This document shows positions 8,329 through 19,054 of a stretch of DNA of 64,000 nt, in pieces. Numbering within the stretch: position 1 is the stretch's first letter; the number at the start of each line of letters is the position of its first letter. Made by a program: the position numbers and the translations under genes. Location of the stretch: the IMG/VR virus record IMGVR_UViG_3300031344_000002, positions 1 through 64,000 of that record; one strand, given 5' to 3'. The notes beneath the pieces were generated by a model. It did not search any database and was not told where the DNA came from. It worked only from the letters and a program-made list of their open reading frames with translations.

Positions 8329-8733
8329 ATGAAAAACTTAATTTATTTTATTCTTGCAATAACCTTACTTAGTGTAAGTTGTAGTAAAAAAGACGATGGT
8401 AATGTTACTCCTCCAGTAACTAAGCTACATAGTCAATTATCTCCCGATTCCCTATATATAGGTTATTGGCATTGTGATTCAACATATAGAAATGGTATGT
8501 TGGATTTAATTGATGATGTAAATTCCAATTTTAATTTTAATGACACTACGTGTATTGAAACCGATGATAATAATATAGGTGTGAATAATGTTTATGATAA
8601 TTGGACAATATCTGGAACTACTTTGAAATTAGATGTAAATAATCCAACTATATTAACTATTGTGTCACCACCTGCTAATGGTAAAATGGTATTATGTGAT
8701 GGTTGGAATACCCATTATTTGACTAAACGATAA
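8329..8733 (+). CDS. Lipoprotein with a lipocalin-like domain
   Basis: Signal peptide MKNLIYFILAITLLSVS-C, then SKKDD; LYIGYWHCDS resembles the lipocalin G.W motif. Confidence 0.75.
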   Translation: MKNLIYFILAITLLSVSCSKKDDGNVTPPVTKLHSQLSPDSLYIGYWHCDSTYRNGMLDLIDDVNSNFNFNDTTCIETDDNNIGVNNVYDNWTISGTTLKLDVNNPTILTIVSPPANGKMVLCDGWNTHYLTKR

Positions 8734-8748
8734 AATATTATGACATCA

Positions 8749-8784
8749 AAAAACCCTCTTAGATTAAGTTTTAAGAGGGTTTTT
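8749..8784. terminator. Bidirectional intrinsic terminator
   Basis: AAAAACCCTCTTA-loop-TAAGAGGGTTTTT between convergent genes. Confidence 0.85.
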
Positions 8785-8785
8785 A

Positions 8786-11113
8786 TTATATAATATTAAA
8801 GTCAACCAATAATTGCACACAATCATTACCATATATACCTTTAAACAAATAAGCTGTTGGTAATTCATCTGCGAGAATATTAGAATATGGTGAATAATCA
8901 TCCCAACCATATAAATAATAATGTTGTGGTGGTGTAATATAACCGCTTGGTTTTAAATTTCGATATTGATAATATTTATTTGAAACAGATAATTTTGTTG
9001 GATGATTTTTATAATATTTATCATATGAATTATAATCATGGTCATAACTATTCCATTTTCTAATATTAATACCTTTTATTGGAATTTGGCTTAATAATGT
9101 TAATTCTCCTGCTGGAATATTAATAAATGTTGTTTGAAATGCATCTCCTCTTAATATATTGGAGCTATCAGTTATTCCTGCAAATAATTTTTGATTATTT
9201 GGTTGAATAAAAAAATCGTCACTAGTATTTGGAGGACAATGATAAACATCAGCAACAACTTGAGTTCTATCTGGTATAGTAGGACTAAATGCCCAACCAT
9301 AACAAGGAAAACATAAACAAAAGTTTAACCATTGTGCACCAAAATATTTATTACCTTTATTTTTTGCTAAACCAGAATTATCAAAATGAATAACATTAGG
9401 TGCAAAATCGTATGTAAATTGACGAAGATTAGGATTTGTAGAACCAGTTGTAGGAGTACAGCCAGTAATATAATTTTGTTGGTCTGTTAGTTCCTTTTGT
9501 GTTATATAATCAGTACCCGCAGTTTTAAACCAAGAACCTGCTACTGAACCATAAACACTATTATCTGTTGTAAATATATTTTCAGTATTAGGATTATAAG
9601 GTATTGCTATTGGAGCACCAATTGCATGTTTTGTTGGGTAAAATTGAGCTACGCTATATACGCCACCACCAGTAAATGTATAATATTCTTTTCTCCATAA
9701 ATCATTATCTGGTATTCCAGTTGGTGAGTTAGTCGGATTAATTGATTTATCTCCATTTATAAATGTTTCATCATAATGTAATGGAACTTTTTGTGGTATT
9801 TTAAACCAACCCCTTGCTTTATATTGTGGATGGTCTCCATTATAATGTGTTGACCAAGAAGAATTTTCAGGTAAATCAGTAAGGTCAGGATATTTAATTA
9901 ATATCATACCAAAAAACTTAGTAAAAACACCTGATGTTGAACTATCATCAACAACTGTTTTTTCACCAGTTGGACTTGTTATTACTTTTACTCTATTACA
10001 TGGAATGTTTAATAAAAAATCACCATTAGTATTATATTCAACATATTCTGTTTTATCTAATTCTCTAATTTGACTATTTGGGTCGGCATTTACCCAATCT
10101 ATATCAATATCTCCATTAATATTAACAACAATTGGTACGTCAGTGGTATATGTAAATACACTAATAATTGGATTAGCTGTTCTATATGTTCTAATATCCA
10201 TATTATTTTGAATATCATTATCAGAATCAGATAAACTATAAAATCCAGAATTTGTTGTACTTGCATTGGGGTTACCAAAAATATCATACAATCCCATTGT
10301 CATGGTTGTGCCAAATATAGTGAATGATGATGATAATATTGCTTTTATTCTAAAATTCAATTGAGTTATACCGATTTCAAAATTCGTAGTATCTCCCCAA
10401 AAAGGAATTATATTGGCAGTAATTTCTTGTGTTTCAATATTTGGTAAATCTGTTAAATCAATTGCTGGTTTTACTGCAGATGCATTTTTAGTAAAAAGAT
10501 TTGGCGAATATCCGGCATTTATCATACTTGCAGGTGACATACTATATTTACCAATATCTGTAATATCAACACTAAGATGAACTGTTTGTGTACCTATTGG
10601 TACACCAAAAATCATATAATCACCAGAATCATTTGTTAATGCGGTATATTTATAATATTTTTTATAAACATTTAAAAATGATTCATTTATAACTAATTCA
10701 GGTTTTATTGGAAATGAACCGAAAGGTTGTTTGGGTTTATATGTATGAGTTTCCTGATTGAGTTCCGAAACACGTGGTAGTAAATTATATCTTTTTCCTT
10801 CATTATTTTTATCTCTAGGTGTTTTATATGGATAGATACTATATATATTACTATCTTCTGCATCTGCATCGGTTAATGGAATAAAAATACTTATTTTGGC
10901 ATTAGGAACACCAACGCCATCATTTGCTGTTACTCTACCAACCAATACACCATAATCAGCATTAAAATTTTGATAAGCATCTTCAGTACCAAGATTTAAT
11001 GTCAGAAATTCAAGTGTTTCAACATCTTGTTCAAGTTTTACTCTTATATATTTATCTTGACCTTTAGTATTTGTATTGCCTGTGCCTAAAAAAATTCTTT
11101 GTGATTTATTCAT
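8786..11113 (-). CDS. Putative virion structural protein (N-terminal carboxypeptidase-regulatory-like beta domain)
   Basis: GVLVGRV...GVPNAKISIF...TNDSGDYMIFGVP.G.QTVH pattern; late motif at 11130-11138. Confidence 0.6.
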   Translation of the reverse strand: MNKSQRIFLGTGNTNTKGQDKYIRVKLEQDVETLEFLTLNLGTEDAYQNFNADYGVLVGRVTANDGVGVPNAKISIFIPLTDADAEDSNIYSIYPYKTPRDKNNEGKRYNLLPRVSELNQETHTYKPKQPFGSFPIKPELVINESFLNVYKKYYKYTALTNDSGDYMIFGVPIGTQTVHLSVDITDIGKYSMSPASMINAGYSPNLFTKNASAVKPAIDLTDLPNIETQEITANIIPFWGDTTNFEIGITQLNFRIKAILSSSFTIFGTTMTMGLYDIFGNPNASTTNSGFYSLSDSDNDIQNNMDIRTYRTANPIISVFTYTTDVPIVVNINGDIDIDWVNADPNSQIRELDKTEYVEYNTNGDFLLNIPCNRVKVITSPTGEKTVVDDSSTSGVFTKFFGMILIKYPDLTDLPENSSWSTHYNGDHPQYKARGWFKIPQKVPLHYDETFINGDKSINPTNSPTGIPDNDLWRKEYYTFTGGGVYSVAQFYPTKHAIGAPIAIPYNPNTENIFTTDNSVYGSVAGSWFKTAGTDYITQKELTDQQNYITGCTPTTGSTNPNLRQFTYDFAPNVIHFDNSGLAKNKGNKYFGAQWLNFCLCFPCYGWAFSPTIPDRTQVVADVYHCPPNTSDDFFIQPNNQKLFAGITDSSNILRGDAFQTTFINIPAGELTLLSQIPIKGINIRKWNSYDHDYNSYDKYYKNHPTKLSVSNKYYQYRNLKPSGYITPPQHYYLYGWDDYSPYSNILADELPTAYLFKGIYGNDCVQLLVDFNII

Positions 11114-11220
11114 TTATTTATAGTTTTTCATAAATACTATCATCAAGAAATCCTTACTAATGTAAATTATTTTTAAAAAAATCTATGAGAATTTGATGAA
11201 AAATAATAATTTAATAAATT

Positions 11221-11649
11221 TTAATTGAAAACTTTATAAGTATTTTTAGATTTACTTAATTCATCTGCAATACTATTTTCTTTTCTGGGTATCCATTGAA
11301 GTGTAATAATATTTTTCTTTCTTAATGCTCTGTACAATTCTATTGCTTGATGTGCATATGGAATATATAATCCTTTCTTTATTTTCCATAATTCCAATGT
11401 TTGCATAATAACTAGTTTACTATCACCGTAAATATTAATTCTCACACCTATTTTATTTTTCATTAATTTAAAAATCATTATTAGTGCAAGATATTCCGCA
11501 ATATTACAAGTATTACCAATTTTTGCTTTATAAAATCTAGATTTTTTAAATTCTTTATCTTTACTTGTAATATAAACACCCAAACCCATGTTTCCGTTGG
11601 GATTCTTGGGTTCACAACTACCATCAAAATAACAATTATAGATTTTCAT
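11221..11649 (-). CDS. rnhA: Ribonuclease HI-like protein
   Basis: YFDGSC...NIAEYLAL...GDSKLV...WIPRKENSIADELSK catalytic D-E-D-D pattern. Confidence 0.9.
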   Translation of the reverse strand: MKIYNCYFDGSCEPKNPNGNMGLGVYITSKDKEFKKSRFYKAKIGNTCNIAEYLALIMIFKLMKNKIGVRINIYGDSKLVIMQTLELWKIKKGLYIPYAHQAIELYRALRKKNIITLQWIPRKENSIADELSKSKNTYKVFN

Positions 11650-11671
11650 ATATACTTATAAAAATATTTGA

Positions 11672-13681
11672 TTAAATATTAATACCAAAAGTTTTTTCAA
11701 ATTTCATGTTACCACAATCATAAATTTTATATATTTTATTGTCTAAAATGTTTTCACAAATTGATTTATTTTTATCATAATTTTTTAATTTAATAATATT
11801 TCCTTTTCTAAAATTAAAACGATGCTGTCTTAATTTTTCATTTATATTAAAATATGTATATGTTGGTTCATTAACACTAATCAATTGAAATCCTAATTGT
11901 TTATATAAATTACCTTGACTATATCTTCTATCAGCAAAAGATATTATATTTTCGGGTTGATATGTATTTATAAAATATTTTAATAATTTACTTGCACCAC
12001 CAGTTATTTTAGTGTTTAGTTTATTACAAAATCTATTTAAATTATAATAATTTTTATTATTTTCGTGATTACCTAATCCAATTCTCATTTTTTCAAAAGT
12101 CATAATCGACACCAATTCATTATTATAAAATAATCCAATTTTAATATTACTACCAACAAAACCTTGTAAATGATTGTTATTTAAAAAACTATGAATTAAT
12201 TCATTATCATTAATTTCTTTAATTTGACATTTACGAGCAAAGATTTTATTCTCAATAATACCTAATTTAGATTTTATAATACTTTTAATAATTTCTTTTT
12301 TATGTATCCATTCATCTTCAAAAATGTGAAGTAATTGAATTCCTTGTTTTTCACATTCAACTGTTTTATTTAGATGATAATTTTTATCCTTAAATAATTC
12401 TGAATGCCAATATAATCCATTAAATTCGATACCTAATTTATAATCAGGAAGATAAATATCAATTTCTTGTTTATTTTTTAATATTGGTATGTTTTTTATA
12501 ATTGTTTTAATATTTAATTTATTATTAATAAAATCACGAATTTCATTTTCTAATATCGATGCATTTTCAGAAATGGGATTACATTTTGTACAAATATTTT
12601 CATGTTTATTGAAAATAAGTCTTGAATATAATAATGATTTAGAAATTTCAAAATAATTATGAATTTTACAATAATTTTTAATTATAACAAAATGATTATT
12701 AATTTTTATATCGTTTGAATTAATATTAAGTAAATTTGAATATTTTTCTTTAAAATTATCATTGATTACGTTGTGTATTTTATTAATTACATCTATGGAT
12801 TTAGATGGATTATCTACACCATATTTTAGTATGGAAGTTATTTTACTTTTATCTCTATTATTATAATTTTCATCACCATATCTTATTTTTTTTGTATTTT
12901 TTACATCATCTTTATATTCTTGAGTACTACTATATGACGTATGATTATATTTTTTTAAATTTGTTTGTTTTATTTTTTCTTTAACTTTTTCATTTTGAAT
13001 TGAATATTCAACGCCATATTTTTTTAAGTTAGTTTGTTTTGTTTGTTCTTTAATTGTTTCGTTTTGAATTGGATGTTCAACACCATATTTTTTTAAATTA
13101 GTTTGTTTTGCTTTATTATTAATTATTTTATTCTGCATTGGATTTTCAACATTATATCTTTTTAAATTAGTTTGTTTAACTTTTTCTTGTTGAGATTTTA
13201 ATTTAAGATGATGTTCAACACCATATCGTTCTAAATTAGTTTGTTTACTTTTTTCTTTAATACTATCTAATTGTTGTGGATGTTCAACACCATATTTTTT
13301 TAAATTAGTTTGTTTTATTTGTTCTCTTTTTTCTTTAGAAAGTAATGTATATTTAAATCCAAAATTTTTCATTGATGTTTTTTCTCTTTTGATTTTAATA
13401 TTATTGTCTTTTCCAATACATTGCATTGAACAATATTTTGAAAATCCTTCACTAATTTTTTTAAATTTAACTGGTTTACCACATATTACACAAATAGGCG
13501 GTTTGGATAAATCATTTAATATTAAATAAAGCATTGCACCAAATGAAATATTATAGTTTTTAAATTTGTTATAAATTAAAACATATAAATTATAATAATT
13601 TTTTTTAAAAAACGATTCTGTTAATCTTCTTTTAATAATAATATTATCATTTTTTACGATTTCAAGTATTTTTTCCTTCAT
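11672..13681 (-). CDS. Free-standing putative homing endonuclease with KxTNLKKYGV repeats
   Basis: CxxC motifs, about 9 repeats of 23 aa, EIDIYLPDYKLGIEFNGLYWHS nuclease-like core, C-terminal IYDCGNMKF. Confidence 0.75.
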   Translation of the reverse strand: MKEKILEIVKNDNIIIKRRLTESFFKKNYYNLYVLIYNKFKNYNISFGAMLYLILNDLSKPPICVICGKPVKFKKISEGFSKYCSMQCIGKDNNIKIKREKTSMKNFGFKYTLLSKEKREQIKQTNLKKYGVEHPQQLDSIKEKSKQTNLERYGVEHHLKLKSQQEKVKQTNLKRYNVENPMQNKIINNKAKQTNLKKYGVEHPIQNETIKEQTKQTNLKKYGVEYSIQNEKVKEKIKQTNLKKYNHTSYSSTQEYKDDVKNTKKIRYGDENYNNRDKSKITSILKYGVDNPSKSIDVINKIHNVINDNFKEKYSNLLNINSNDIKINNHFVIIKNYCKIHNYFEISKSLLYSRLIFNKHENICTKCNPISENASILENEIRDFINNKLNIKTIIKNIPILKNKQEIDIYLPDYKLGIEFNGLYWHSELFKDKNYHLNKTVECEKQGIQLLHIFEDEWIHKKEIIKSIIKSKLGIIENKIFARKCQIKEINDNELIHSFLNNNHLQGFVGSNIKIGLFYNNELVSIMTFEKMRIGLGNHENNKNYYNLNRFCNKLNTKITGGASKLLKYFINTYQPENIISFADRRYSQGNLYKQLGFQLISVNEPTYTYFNINEKLRQHRFNFRKGNIIKLKNYDKNKSICENILDNKIYKIYDCGNMKFEKTFGINI
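12790..13385 (-). repeat. Coding tandem repeat (about 69-bp unit, K-Q-T-N-L-K-K-Y-G-V)
   Basis: Degenerate in-frame repeats inside 11672..13681; boundaries approximate. Confidence 0.85.
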
Positions 13682-13973
13682 AATTATAATTAATTTATCA
13701 CAAATATAAATACTTTATCTTTAAAAACAAAATTATTTTATTTTTTATTTAAAAAAAATTTTAAAGAATTTAATATAAAAATTTTAAAAAAAATGGAAAT
13801 TTAATTGAAAAAATATATAATTTGATAAAATCTGGATTTATAGACAAGAATGGTAAGGTGATAATAATTATAGTAAACCACCTTTTCAATTATTTTTTAG
13901 TATTTATTTGAAAAACAATAAAGCATTGTATATAAAATAATAATAATAATGAAAAATAAAATAATTAAATAAC

Positions 13974-16739
13974 ATGGCAGATTTTGTATTCACCTCTCCG
14001 GGTGTAAAATTTAAAGAACGTGACCTCACATTTGTTACTAGAAATGTAGGTATCACGACGTTAGGTCTTGTAGGTGAGACACTTAAAGGACCAGCATTTG
14101 AACCTATATATATTCAGGATTCAACTCAATTTTCAAATACTTTTGGTGGGCAAAGCACACAGAAACTTTCAAATGGAAATTTTCAATATTTATTACCATA
14201 TTATGCTAATTCATATCTTGGTGAAACTAATCAACTTTGGGTAACCAGAGTATTAGGACTAAGTGGATATGATGCAGGTAATGCATGGGCAATAACATTG
14301 AGTGCAGGTGTTGACCCGACAACTGTTGTATCTGGTGGAACTCCTGTAATTTCAACTCATACATTTACAAATAATCAATATTTGGGTGTTTCGTTGATAT
14401 ATCAAGGACAAACTGGTACATATTCTTCAGGATTTACTAAAGGTATTAATAATACATTTACTGAATATGTTCATACGTTTACTGCAACCACATTAAATAA
14501 TGTTGGAAGTGGTACGACAAAAGATAAAGTAACATTATTTACTGGTGCTTCATATAGTCAATATGAAAATATGGTATTAGCTGTAATTAGAAGTAGAGGT
14601 GTTTCAACAATTCAACCACATGGTGTCCAACATACAACATTTGATACAACAAATCTTACTATAAGTGGTAATACCACAAATATTGGTTCAGGTGATTTAT
14701 TTAGTCAATTTACATTAAGGGCATATAGCACTGGAAGTACACAATATTATACAGTATCATTAAATCCAAATTCAACTAGTTTTTTACCAAATGTAATTGG
14801 TTTAGAACCAAAAGATAAAAAAACAAAAATTTGGGTTCAAGCAGTATATCCAGACTTAATCGAAAAATTAGATGCAGAAGGTATTGGTTATGGTATTAAC
14901 ACAACATTAATTACAGCCACTTCAAATAATTTCACAAATTATAAAATTGGATTTCAAACACCTGAAACTCCTTGGGTGGTATCTCAATTAATGGGTAATC
15001 ATGTTAATAGATTATTAAAATTTATTAGTATTGCAGATGGTGATGCTGCAAATCAAGAAATTAAAATTAGTTTTGCTAATATTAATCCAGATACTTATGA
15101 ATTTGATGTAGTCGTTCGTGATTTTAATGATACTGATGCAAATCCAGTTGTATTTGAAACATATACAAAATGTACAATGATTCAAGGACTCAATAGTTTT
15201 ATTGGACAAGTAATTGGTACTTCTGATGGTCAATATACTTTAAGAAGCAATTATATTATGGTTGAACTTGCAGATGATATTCCAAATGATGTATTTCCTG
15301 CTGGTTTTGAAGGTTATGAGTTTAATGACTATGCGATGTCAGCAACAAGTGACCCAACAACTAATGGTATTGCTCCTAAAATTTTCTATAAAACAGAATA
15401 TAGTGAAACAGATAAAGTAAGTAAGGTATATTTAGGTATTTCTGAACATGGCTATGATAGTACTAATTCAACTGGTAGTGGTATTAATCAAAACTTTTTT
15501 AACTATGATGGTCAAGGTGGTTTTGCTAAATCTAAAGGTTTCCATATGGATTCTGGTGCAACCGGAATTTATGTACATGGTACTGAAATTATTGGACAGT
15601 TTGAGGTTGGTGCAGGACAAATACAAACATACGTTGATACTGACGATTCAAATAACCCATATTATGATATTAAAACAAGGAAATTTACTTTAGTTCCTGC
15701 TCGTGGTTTTGATGGATGGGATGTTAATAGAGGTATAAGTGGTGAAGACCGTTCAAATGGTGATGGTTATCAACAAGGTGGTATGTATAGTGGTTATCCC
15801 GGTCATCCTGAAACAATACCAGCAAATGACTTTCAAGCATGGCAAACTGCAATTAATACTTTTTCAAATCCTGAACAAGTTACAATTAATCTTTTTGCAA
15901 CTCCGGGTATTGATTGGAATAATAATAGCATTTTAGTCCAAGATACAATAGATATGATTGAACAACAAAGAACCGATTCATTATATGTAATTGATTCTCC
16001 AGATTCTGATATACCTGTTACTAATAATGGTAATGGTGGTGTTCCTAATGATGTTCAGGCAGCAAGTGAAATTATAGGTCTACTTAATGATATAGATATT
16101 GACACTAGTTATTCATGTACATATTTTCCCTATATTCAAATGAGAGATAGTCAAAATAATATTAATGTTTATATTCCTGCAACTGGTGAAGTTGTAAGAG
16201 CAATGGCATTTACTGATAATGTAAAATTTCCTTGGTTTGCACCTGCTGGTTTAAATCGTGGTGTAACTAATGCAATTAAATCAAAATATAAACTATCTCA
16301 AACTGCTCGTGATATTTTATATGCAGGTAGAATTAACCCAATGGCTGATTTTGCAGATTCAGGTACTGCAATCTTTGGACAAAAGACTTTACAAGTTAAA
16401 GATAGCGCACTTAATAGAATTAATGTTCGTAGATTAATACTTCAACTTAAAGTTCTTATTTCAAATATTGCAATTAGACTTGTATTCGAACAAAATGACC
16501 AAACAACTATCGACCAATTCTTAGCAAAAGTAAATCCAATTCTTGATAGTATTAAGAGAGAAAGAGGTTTGAATGACTTTAGAGTTAAAATGGATAGCAC
16601 AAATAATACTCCTGAAACAATGGATAGAAATGAATTATATGGGGAAATCTATTTAAAACCGACAAGAAGTTTAGAATTTGTTGGAATTACATTTATAGTT
16701 ACCCCTTCAGGTGCATCTTTTGCTGATGTCGGAGCATAA
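13974..16739 (+). CDS. Tail sheath protein
   Basis: N-terminal SPGV...ERD..GLVGETLKGPAFEP; C-terminal WFAPAGLNRG, RINP, GQKTLQ, LNRINVRRL, IYLKPTRSLEF. Confidence 0.95.
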   Translation: MADFVFTSPGVKFKERDLTFVTRNVGITTLGLVGETLKGPAFEPIYIQDSTQFSNTFGGQSTQKLSNGNFQYLLPYYANSYLGETNQLWVTRVLGLSGYDAGNAWAITLSAGVDPTTVVSGGTPVISTHTFTNNQYLGVSLIYQGQTGTYSSGFTKGINNTFTEYVHTFTATTLNNVGSGTTKDKVTLFTGASYSQYENMVLAVIRSRGVSTIQPHGVQHTTFDTTNLTISGNTTNIGSGDLFSQFTLRAYSTGSTQYYTVSLNPNSTSFLPNVIGLEPKDKKTKIWVQAVYPDLIEKLDAEGIGYGINTTLITATSNNFTNYKIGFQTPETPWVVSQLMGNHVNRLLKFISIADGDAANQEIKISFANINPDTYEFDVVVRDFNDTDANPVVFETYTKCTMIQGLNSFIGQVIGTSDGQYTLRSNYIMVELADDIPNDVFPAGFEGYEFNDYAMSATSDPTTNGIAPKIFYKTEYSETDKVSKVYLGISEHGYDSTNSTGSGINQNFFNYDGQGGFAKSKGFHMDSGATGIYVHGTEIIGQFEVGAGQIQTYVDTDDSNNPYYDIKTRKFTLVPARGFDGWDVNRGISGEDRSNGDGYQQGGMYSGYPGHPETIPANDFQAWQTAINTFSNPEQVTINLFATPGIDWNNNSILVQDTIDMIEQQRTDSLYVIDSPDSDIPVTNNGNGGVPNDVQAASEIIGLLNDIDIDTSYSCTYFPYIQMRDSQNNINVYIPATGEVVRAMAFTDNVKFPWFAPAGLNRGVTNAIKSKYKLSQTARDILYAGRINPMADFADSGTAIFGQKTLQVKDSALNRINVRRLILQLKVLISNIAIRLVFEQNDQTTIDQFLAKVNPILDSIKRERGLNDFRVKMDSTNNTPETMDRNELYGEIYLKPTRSLEFVGITFIVTPSGASFADVGA

Positions 16740-16753
16740 TTTATGATTTATAA

Positions 16754-16794
16754 AATTAAAAAGACTCACTTATTTATAGTGGGTCTTTTTAATT
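16754..16794 (+). terminator. Intrinsic terminator after the sheath gene
   Basis: AATTAAAAAGACTCACT-TATTTAT-AGTGGGTCTTTTTAATT. Confidence 0.8.
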
Positions 16795-16894
16795 AAAAAA
16801 TAGAACATCAATTCTATTCTAAATTGTTTTCAAATATGTAAGTATTTATTAGAAAACATAAAAATAAACAGAAATTAATTAATAATTAAATATT

Positions 16895-17386
16895 ATGGCA
16901 GGAGAAATGATAAGAACAATTCCGTTCAAGTATGAGCCTAAGAGAGTTAATAGGTTCTTTGCGGAATTCTCAGATACAATCGGACTTGAAGTATGGCAAG
17001 TACAAAAGTTCAAAAGACCTTCATTAAAAATCAATAGTGTTCCAATTCAATATATGAACGAACAAAACTATGTAGCTGGTAGATATACGTGGGATACAAT
17101 GTCAATTACATTTATTGACCCAATCGGTCCCTCTACATCACAAATTCTTATGGAATGGGTTCGTTTACACGCTGAATCACTCACAGGTCGTATGGGTTAT
17201 GCTGCAGGTTATAAGAAGGATATTTATTTAAAAGCATTAGACCCAACTGGTGTTGAAGTTGAAAAATGGACACTTGAACAATGTATGATTACATCAATCG
17301 ATTTCATGGATAATGATTATAGTAGTGATGAATTAACAAACATAACGTTGGAGATACAACCGTGGCGTTGCATTTTAAACCTCTAA
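16895..17386 (+). CDS. Tail tube protein (T4 gp19-like)
   Basis: Follows the sheath gene; EPKR.NRF..., YVAGRYTW..., YKKDI.L..LDPTGV.VEKW.L pattern. Confidence 0.9.
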   Translation: MAGEMIRTIPFKYEPKRVNRFFAEFSDTIGLEVWQVQKFKRPSLKINSVPIQYMNEQNYVAGRYTWDTMSITFIDPIGPSTSQILMEWVRLHAESLTGRMGYAAGYKKDIYLKALDPTGVEVEKWTLEQCMITSIDFMDNDYSSDELTNITLEIQPWRCILNL

Positions 17387-17402
17387 GAGATTAATTAAAC
17401 TT

Positions 17403-17445
17403 ATAATAATGTCACAAATTTTTACTATATTTGTGACATTATTAT
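17403..17445. promoter_or_regulatory. 17-bp-arm hairpin overlapping a TATATTTG promoter element
   Basis: ATAATAATGTCACAAAT-9 nt-ATTTGTGACATTATTAT between the tube gene and the endonuclease. Confidence 0.65.
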
Positions 17446-17462
17446 TTATATTCGTTTAATTT

Positions 17463-19046
17463 ATGGAAAATATTAAAAATTTTTTTCTTACCAACAATAA
17501 ATCTGGGTATAAAACCAATGAAAAATGGTTAAATATTAATCATAATGATTTATATTTAAATATAATTCATTTTTCGACAAATAAAAACATTTTATTTGTC
17601 GAAAAAATTTATTTGTTTATTAATAATTTAACTGATGTTCCCAGATGCCCTATTTGCAACGAATATGTTAAATTTATTGGAACTTTAAAACGTGGATATA
17701 ATAAATACTGTTCAATAAAATGTTTAAATAAATCTGATGAGCATAAAAATAAAATAATTTCAACATTTCAAAATAAATATAATTGTAGAAGTCATAATCA
17801 GGTTGATGAAATTAAAAATAAAAAAAGAATAACATTAATTAATTCTTATGGCGTTGATAATCCAATGAAGAATAATAATATAAAAAAAAGACAAATTAAT
17901 TCTCTTATTAAAAATTATGGTGTTGATAATCCGATGAAAATTAAATCAGTTATTGAAAAAAGAAATAAAAATATTGAAATTGGTGAAGAATTAAATATTA
18001 AAAGAATGTTAAATAGAATTACTGATAATACTATTATATATATTGGGCATAATTTAGCTGAAAATAATAATGTTAATTTTCATTGTTTGAATTGCAAAAA
18101 TGATTTTAAAATAAATTCTAATTTATTAACATCACGAATTTCTAATAATACTACCATTTGTACTATTTGTAATAAAAATAAATCATTTTCTGAAATACAA
18201 AAATCGTTAGAAAATTTTATTACATCATTAAATATTAATTATGAATCAAAAAATAGGGATATTTTAAATGGATTAGAAATTGATATATATTTACCAGAAC
18301 ACAAATTAGGTATTGAAATTGATGGTTTATACTGGCATAGTAATAAATTTAAAGACAAAAATTATCACCTTAATAAAACTAATTTATGTGAACAACAAGG
18401 TATACAACTACTTCATATCTTTGAAGATGAGTGGGTTAATAAGAAAGATATTGTTAAATCTATAATTAAAAGTAAATTAAGTATTATTGAAAATAAAATA
18501 TTCGCAAGAAAATGTCATATAAAAGAAATCGATTCATTAATTTGTAATAACTTCTTAAATGACAATCACATACAAGGTAATATTAATTCTAAAGTTAAAA
18601 TTGGTTTGTTTTATAATAATGATTTGGTATCGGTTATGACTTTTGGTAAAAAGAGAGTTGCTATGGGTAATAAAACCAATATTGAGGGAGAGTATGAGAT
18701 GCATAGGTTTTGCAATAAACTTAATACTCAGGTTGTTGGTGGAGCAAGTAAGTTATTAAGTTATTTTATAAAAACCTATTTACCAAAATCAATTTTAACA
18801 TTTGCGGATAGAAGATATGGTCAAGGTAATTTATATAAACAATTAGGATTTAATTATATAAAAAATACCCCCCCCAATTATTGGTATATTTTACCGGGAG
18901 AATTGAAAAAATATTATAGATATTCATTCAGAAAAGATGTATTAGTTAAACAAGGATTTGATAAGACCAAAACAGAAAATGAAGTAATGATTGAAAGAGG
19001 ATATTTGAGAATATATGATTGTGGTAATATGAAATTCATATATTAA
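17463..19046 (+). CDS. Free-standing putative homing endonuclease (paralog of 11672..13681)
   Basis: Shared C-terminal half: EIDIYLPEHKLGIEIDGLYWHS, QGIQLLHIFEDEW, FADRRY, IYDCGNMKF; fewer YGVDNP repeats. Confidence 0.75.
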   Translation: MENIKNFFLTNNKSGYKTNEKWLNINHNDLYLNIIHFSTNKNILFVEKIYLFINNLTDVPRCPICNEYVKFIGTLKRGYNKYCSIKCLNKSDEHKNKIISTFQNKYNCRSHNQVDEIKNKKRITLINSYGVDNPMKNNNIKKRQINSLIKNYGVDNPMKIKSVIEKRNKNIEIGEELNIKRMLNRITDNTIIYIGHNLAENNNVNFHCLNCKNDFKINSNLLTSRISNNTTICTICNKNKSFSEIQKSLENFITSLNINYESKNRDILNGLEIDIYLPEHKLGIEIDGLYWHSNKFKDKNYHLNKTNLCEQQGIQLLHIFEDEWVNKKDIVKSIIKSKLSIIENKIFARKCHIKEIDSLICNNFLNDNHIQGNINSKVKIGLFYNNDLVSVMTFGKKRVAMGNKTNIEGEYEMHRFCNKLNTQVVGGASKLLSYFIKTYLPKSILTFADRRYGQGNLYKQLGFNYIKNTPPNYWYILPGELKKYYRYSFRKDVLVKQGFDKTKTENEVMIERGYLRIYDCGNMKFIY

Positions 19047-19054
19047 TAGTCCTT

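Noticed and set aside
12790-13385. Second CRISPR-like array
   Set aside because: Repeats are degenerate at synonymous positions and in frame within a protein: a coding repeat.
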